A stretch of DNA of 64,000 nucleotides, taken from positions 96,001-160,000 of the forward strand of contig CAXXYE010000011.1 of the NCBI GenBank assembly GCA_963674865.2. The letters are read 5' to 3'. Numbering within the stretch: the stretch's first letter is position 1; every line of letters begins with the position of its first letter. The notes below the pieces were generated by a model. It had not been told where the DNA came from and made no database searches. It was given only the letters and a program-made list of their open reading frames with translations. Below, one piece after another: positions 61,219 through 64,000 of this stretch. The DNA is from Candidatus Hydrogenedentota bacterium (lineage in GTDB: Bacteria > Hydrogenedentota > Hydrogenedentia > Hydrogenedentales > SLHB01). The position numbers and the translations under genes were made by a program.

Positions 61219-61785
61219 ATGGGCGTGGGCATAGTTCTTCTCATCTTGTTGGCGATTCTCTTTTTCGTCGTTATCGCCGTGATTGGCATATTCAACGGCC
61301 TGGTGCGCCTGCGTAACCAGGTCAAGAATGCCTGGTCGCAAATCGACGTCCAGTTGAAACGGCGCCACGACCTGATTCCCAATCTGGTCGAAACCGCCAA
61401 GGGCTACATGCAGCACGAGCGCGATACGCTCGAGAACATCACCAAGGCGCGTAATCTCGCCGCGAAAGCCTCCGGCGTCAATGAGCAGGCCCAGGCCGAA
61501 GGCCAATTGGGCCAGGCCCTGAGCAGCTTCTTCCTTGTGGTGGAGAACTACCCTGACTTGAAGGCAAACCAGAATTTCCTCGCCCTTCAGGAAGAGTTGA
61601 CCTCCACCGAGAACAAGATTGGCTTCGCCCGGCAGAATTACAACGACCAGGTGCTTGGCTTCAACAACAAGATCCAGATGTTCCCGAGCAATATTGTTGC
61701 GGGCATGTTCAATTTCACCCAGGCCGACTTCTTCGAGATTGAGGACGAGGCCGAGCGCACGGTTCCCAAGGTCAGTTTCTCCTGA
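61219..61785 (+). CDS. lemA: LemA family protein
   Basis: N-terminal TM helix; [21 protein letters not shown] and [12 protein letters not shown] motifs. Confidence 0.95.
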   Translation: MGVGIVLLILLAILFFVVIAVIGIFNGLVRLRNQVKNAWSQIDVQLKRRHDLIPNLVETAKGYMQHERDTLENITKARNLAAKASGVNEQAQAEGQLGQALSSFFLVVENYPDLKANQNFLALQEELTSTENKIGFARQNYNDQVLGFNNKIQMFPSNIVAGMFNFTQADFFEIEDEAERTVPKVSFS

Positions 61786-61832
61786 GTTCCGGTAAGATGC
61801 CTTGAGCCTGCGCGGTTGGTTCACAGCAGACG

Positions 61833-63344
61833 ATGTGGGAACAGATCCGGGCAAATAAGCGCAAGTCCCTCATGCTCGTCCTAGCGATGGCGCTCGTGCA
61901 GATGGGCCTTGGCTTCATCATCGGCGCGGCCCTTTTTCAGAATATGAGCGGGGCCGAGCAAGTGGGCGCCGCAGCGGCAACCGGCGGCCTGTTGGGACTG
62001 ATGGTCGCCGGATTCATCTGGCTTGTGTTGAGTCTGGTCGCCTATTTCCAGGGCGGTCAGATCCTGATGCGCGCCTCGGGGGCTCATCGGATTGAGAAGC
62101 GGGATCACCCCCAGCTCTTCAACGTCGTCGAGGAGATGACCATCGCCGCGGGGCTGTCCAAGATGCCCGCCGTCTACATCATCGACGACATGTCCCTCAA
62201 CGCCTTCGCCACGGGGCGGAGTCCCGACAACGCCGCCGTGGCCGTCACCGCGGGGCTGCTCGGAAAGCTGAATCGCGATCAGTTGCAGGGCGTTATTGCC
62301 CATGAAATGTCGCATGTTATCAACCGCGACGTGCTCTTTATGCAGATGCTCGGCATCATGCTGGGCACCATTGTGATCATCTCGGACGTCTTCCTTCGGG
62401 GCATGTTCTACAGTTCGGCCGGCAGTTCCCGGCGCTACCGCTCTTCATCCCGCCGTAGCGGCGGCGGAGGCGGGCCCGCGGGCGCCATTCTGATGATCCT
62501 GGCCGTACTGATGGCGGTCCTCTCGCCGATTATGGCGTATCTCATCTTCTTCGCGGCCTCTCGCCGGCGCGAGTATCTTGCCGACGCCAACGCCGTCGTG
62601 CTGACACGCTATCCCGAAGGATTGGCCTCAGCGCTCGAGGTCATTTCCCACGACACGAAATCCTTGGCCCGGGTGAATAAAGCCACCGCGCCGATGTTCA
62701 TCTCGAATCCTGTCAGGAAAGCCGTCGGCGCCGGGGCCATGAACACCCACCCGCCCATTGACGAGCGCATACGCATCCTGCGTTCCATGGGGGGAAACGT
62801 CTCCTATGGCACGTACCAGGCCGCGTGGGCCAAAGTGGGAGGTGCGAAAGCGGGCCGGCTGCCCGCCTCGGCCCTGGCGGACAAGAAGCAGTTCGCCGCG
62901 CGCGAGGCGCATCCAGACGCGCTCAAGAAGAAGTCACAGAAGGAGCAACTGCGCGAGGCGGGCGATCTCCTGAGGAAGGTCAACCAATTCGCCTTTGTGG
63001 CGTGCGCGTGTGGACTGCGCATCAAGCTGCCGCCCGACTTCAAGAGGGACCACGTCCAGTGTCCCCGGTGTCACCGCGACATCGCCGTGCCCGCGGCACA
63101 GCTTGCCGCGGTAGCCACAGTCGGCCAGCAACTGAGTGGGGAGGGTGGCCTCGGGGCGGTTGCTCCTCAACAGGCCGCTCCGGCGGCCCCGCAGGTTCTC
63201 GAATTCGCCCGAAAAGGCCAGGACTGGACCTCATTCAAATGCGCCTGCGGCGGAACGGTGACACTCTCGCCATCCTTCGCCGCGGACCGCGTCACGTGCA
63301 GCTCCTGTGGCCGCGAGATCCGCATCAAGCGCGCGAGCAGCTAA
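61833..63344 (+). CDS. htpX: M48 zinc metalloprotease (HtpX) with C-terminal tandem zinc ribbons
   Basis: NAFATG, HEMSH, SRRREYLAD and THPP motifs; tail CACG..CPRC and CACG..CSSC. Confidence 0.9.
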   Translation: MWEQIRANKRKSLMLVLAMALVQMGLGFIIGAALFQNMSGAEQVGAAAATGGLLGLMVAGFIWLVLSLVAYFQGGQILMRASGAHRIEKRDHPQLFNVVEEMTIAAGLSKMPAVYIIDDMSLNAFATGRSPDNAAVAVTAGLLGKLNRDQLQGVIAHEMSHVINRDVLFMQMLGIMLGTIVIISDVFLRGMFYSSAGSSRRYRSSSRRSGGGGGPAGAILMILAVLMAVLSPIMAYLIFFAASRRREYLADANAVVLTRYPEGLASALEVISHDTKSLARVNKATAPMFISNPVRKAVGAGAMNTHPPIDERIRILRSMGGNVSYGTYQAAWAKVGGAKAGRLPASALADKKQFAAREAHPDALKKKSQKEQLREAGDLLRKVNQFAFVACACGLRIKLPPDFKRDHVQCPRCHRDIAVPAAQLAAVATVGQQLSGEGGLGAVAPQQAAPAAPQVLEFARKGQDWTSFKCACGGTVTLSPSFAADRVTCSSCGREIRIKRASS

Positions 63345-63763
63345 TCGGCGAGTTCGGCGCGCGCCTCCTGCAGCGTCTCCTTCTTCCTATACACCATCCC
63401 GTGGAACGTCGCCACCGGCGCGCCCTCATCATCCGTCACCTGAATGAGATACGTCGCGATCTTGGGATTCAGCGAGATCTCCTCCGCTTCCGCGAATAGC
63501 GTGCCGCCGCGGATGGCTTTGACGAAGGTCATCGAGGCGCTTATCGCTACCGCCACCGTGCCATGGGAATTGCTGGCCACCGCGAAAGCGAAGTCCGCCA
63601 GCGAGAACAACGCGCCGCCATGCACGATGCGAAGGCTGTTCATGTGGCGCTCCTCGACGGCCATCCTGACACGGGCCTTGCCCTCGGAGACTTCCAGCAA
63701 CTCCATTCCCAGGCATGCGGCCAGTTTGTCATGACTGAAATGCTCGCGCACGTGCTCCATCAC
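63341..63763 (-). CDS. PaaI family hotdog-fold thioesterase
   Basis: N..IVHGGALFSLAD.AFAVASN motif. Confidence 0.9.
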   Translation of the reverse strand: MMEHVREHFSHDKLAACLGMELLEVSEGKARVRMAVEERHMNSLRIVHGGALFSLADFAFAVASNSHGTVAVAISASMTFVKAIRGGTLFAEAEEISLNPKIATYLIQVTDDEGAPVATFHGMVYRKKETLQEARAELAD

Positions 63764-63851
63764 TTACTCCTTCTTGCGTAGCCCATGAGCCTTGTGCCGT
63801 GAGTGTACATGCTCGCGCCTTGATTGTGAACTCGTGGAGTTCTTTCATCCC

Positions 63852-63880
63852 TTGACACAGTAGAGGGATGGATCCAAAAT
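63852..63880 (+). promoter_or_regulatory. Possible sigma70 promoter for a gene beyond the window
   Basis: TTGACA-17 nt-CAAAAT. Confidence 0.35.
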
Positions 63881-64000
63881 GATACAGGTTCTTGGTGACA
63901 TCCTTCACTCGAAAGGTAAGCTGCATGCAGTATCCAACTACCACCTGTACGAGAACCTTCCTGTGTCTAGTTTTCTCTGCGCTACCGGTAGTCGCACTGG

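Overview
This GC-rich bacterial window looks like two different DNAs joined at about 44,440. Left part (1 to ~44.4 kb): Planctomycetota-like by inference from gene repertoire. It carries a secreted HEAT-repeat protein, a short HUH/Y1 (RAYT-type) transposase with several REP/REPIN-like palindrome families, a PEP-CTERM protein, an excisionase-HTH/receiver regulator, many secreted CAZymes, sulfatase and SGNH enzymes, an HzsA-like/FGE multidomain protein, two tandem unknown paralogs, an apparently inactive plus active M14 peptidase pair, an ECF sigma operon and a broken flgE-like gene. Several of these genes carry single-base frameshifts, probably sequencing errors. The strongest hidden feature is an exported redoxin gene read through an in-frame TGA in a W-U-x-x-C motif, followed by a SECIS-like hairpin. 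It is a probable multidomain selenoprotein that the ORF track splits into three pieces. Right part (~44.4 to 64 kb): no frameshifts seen. It carries TPR, GT4 and priming-glycosyltransferase genes, yqeY, a complete phosphate locus (pstS, OprO/P porin, small peptide, pstCAB, phoU, phoBR) with 11-bp-periodic Pho-box-like repeats, a Zn-ribbon/lemA/htpX operon and a PaaI thioesterase. No rRNA, tRNA or CRISPR array was recognised. All family assignments are from motif recognition by eye; no searches were run.
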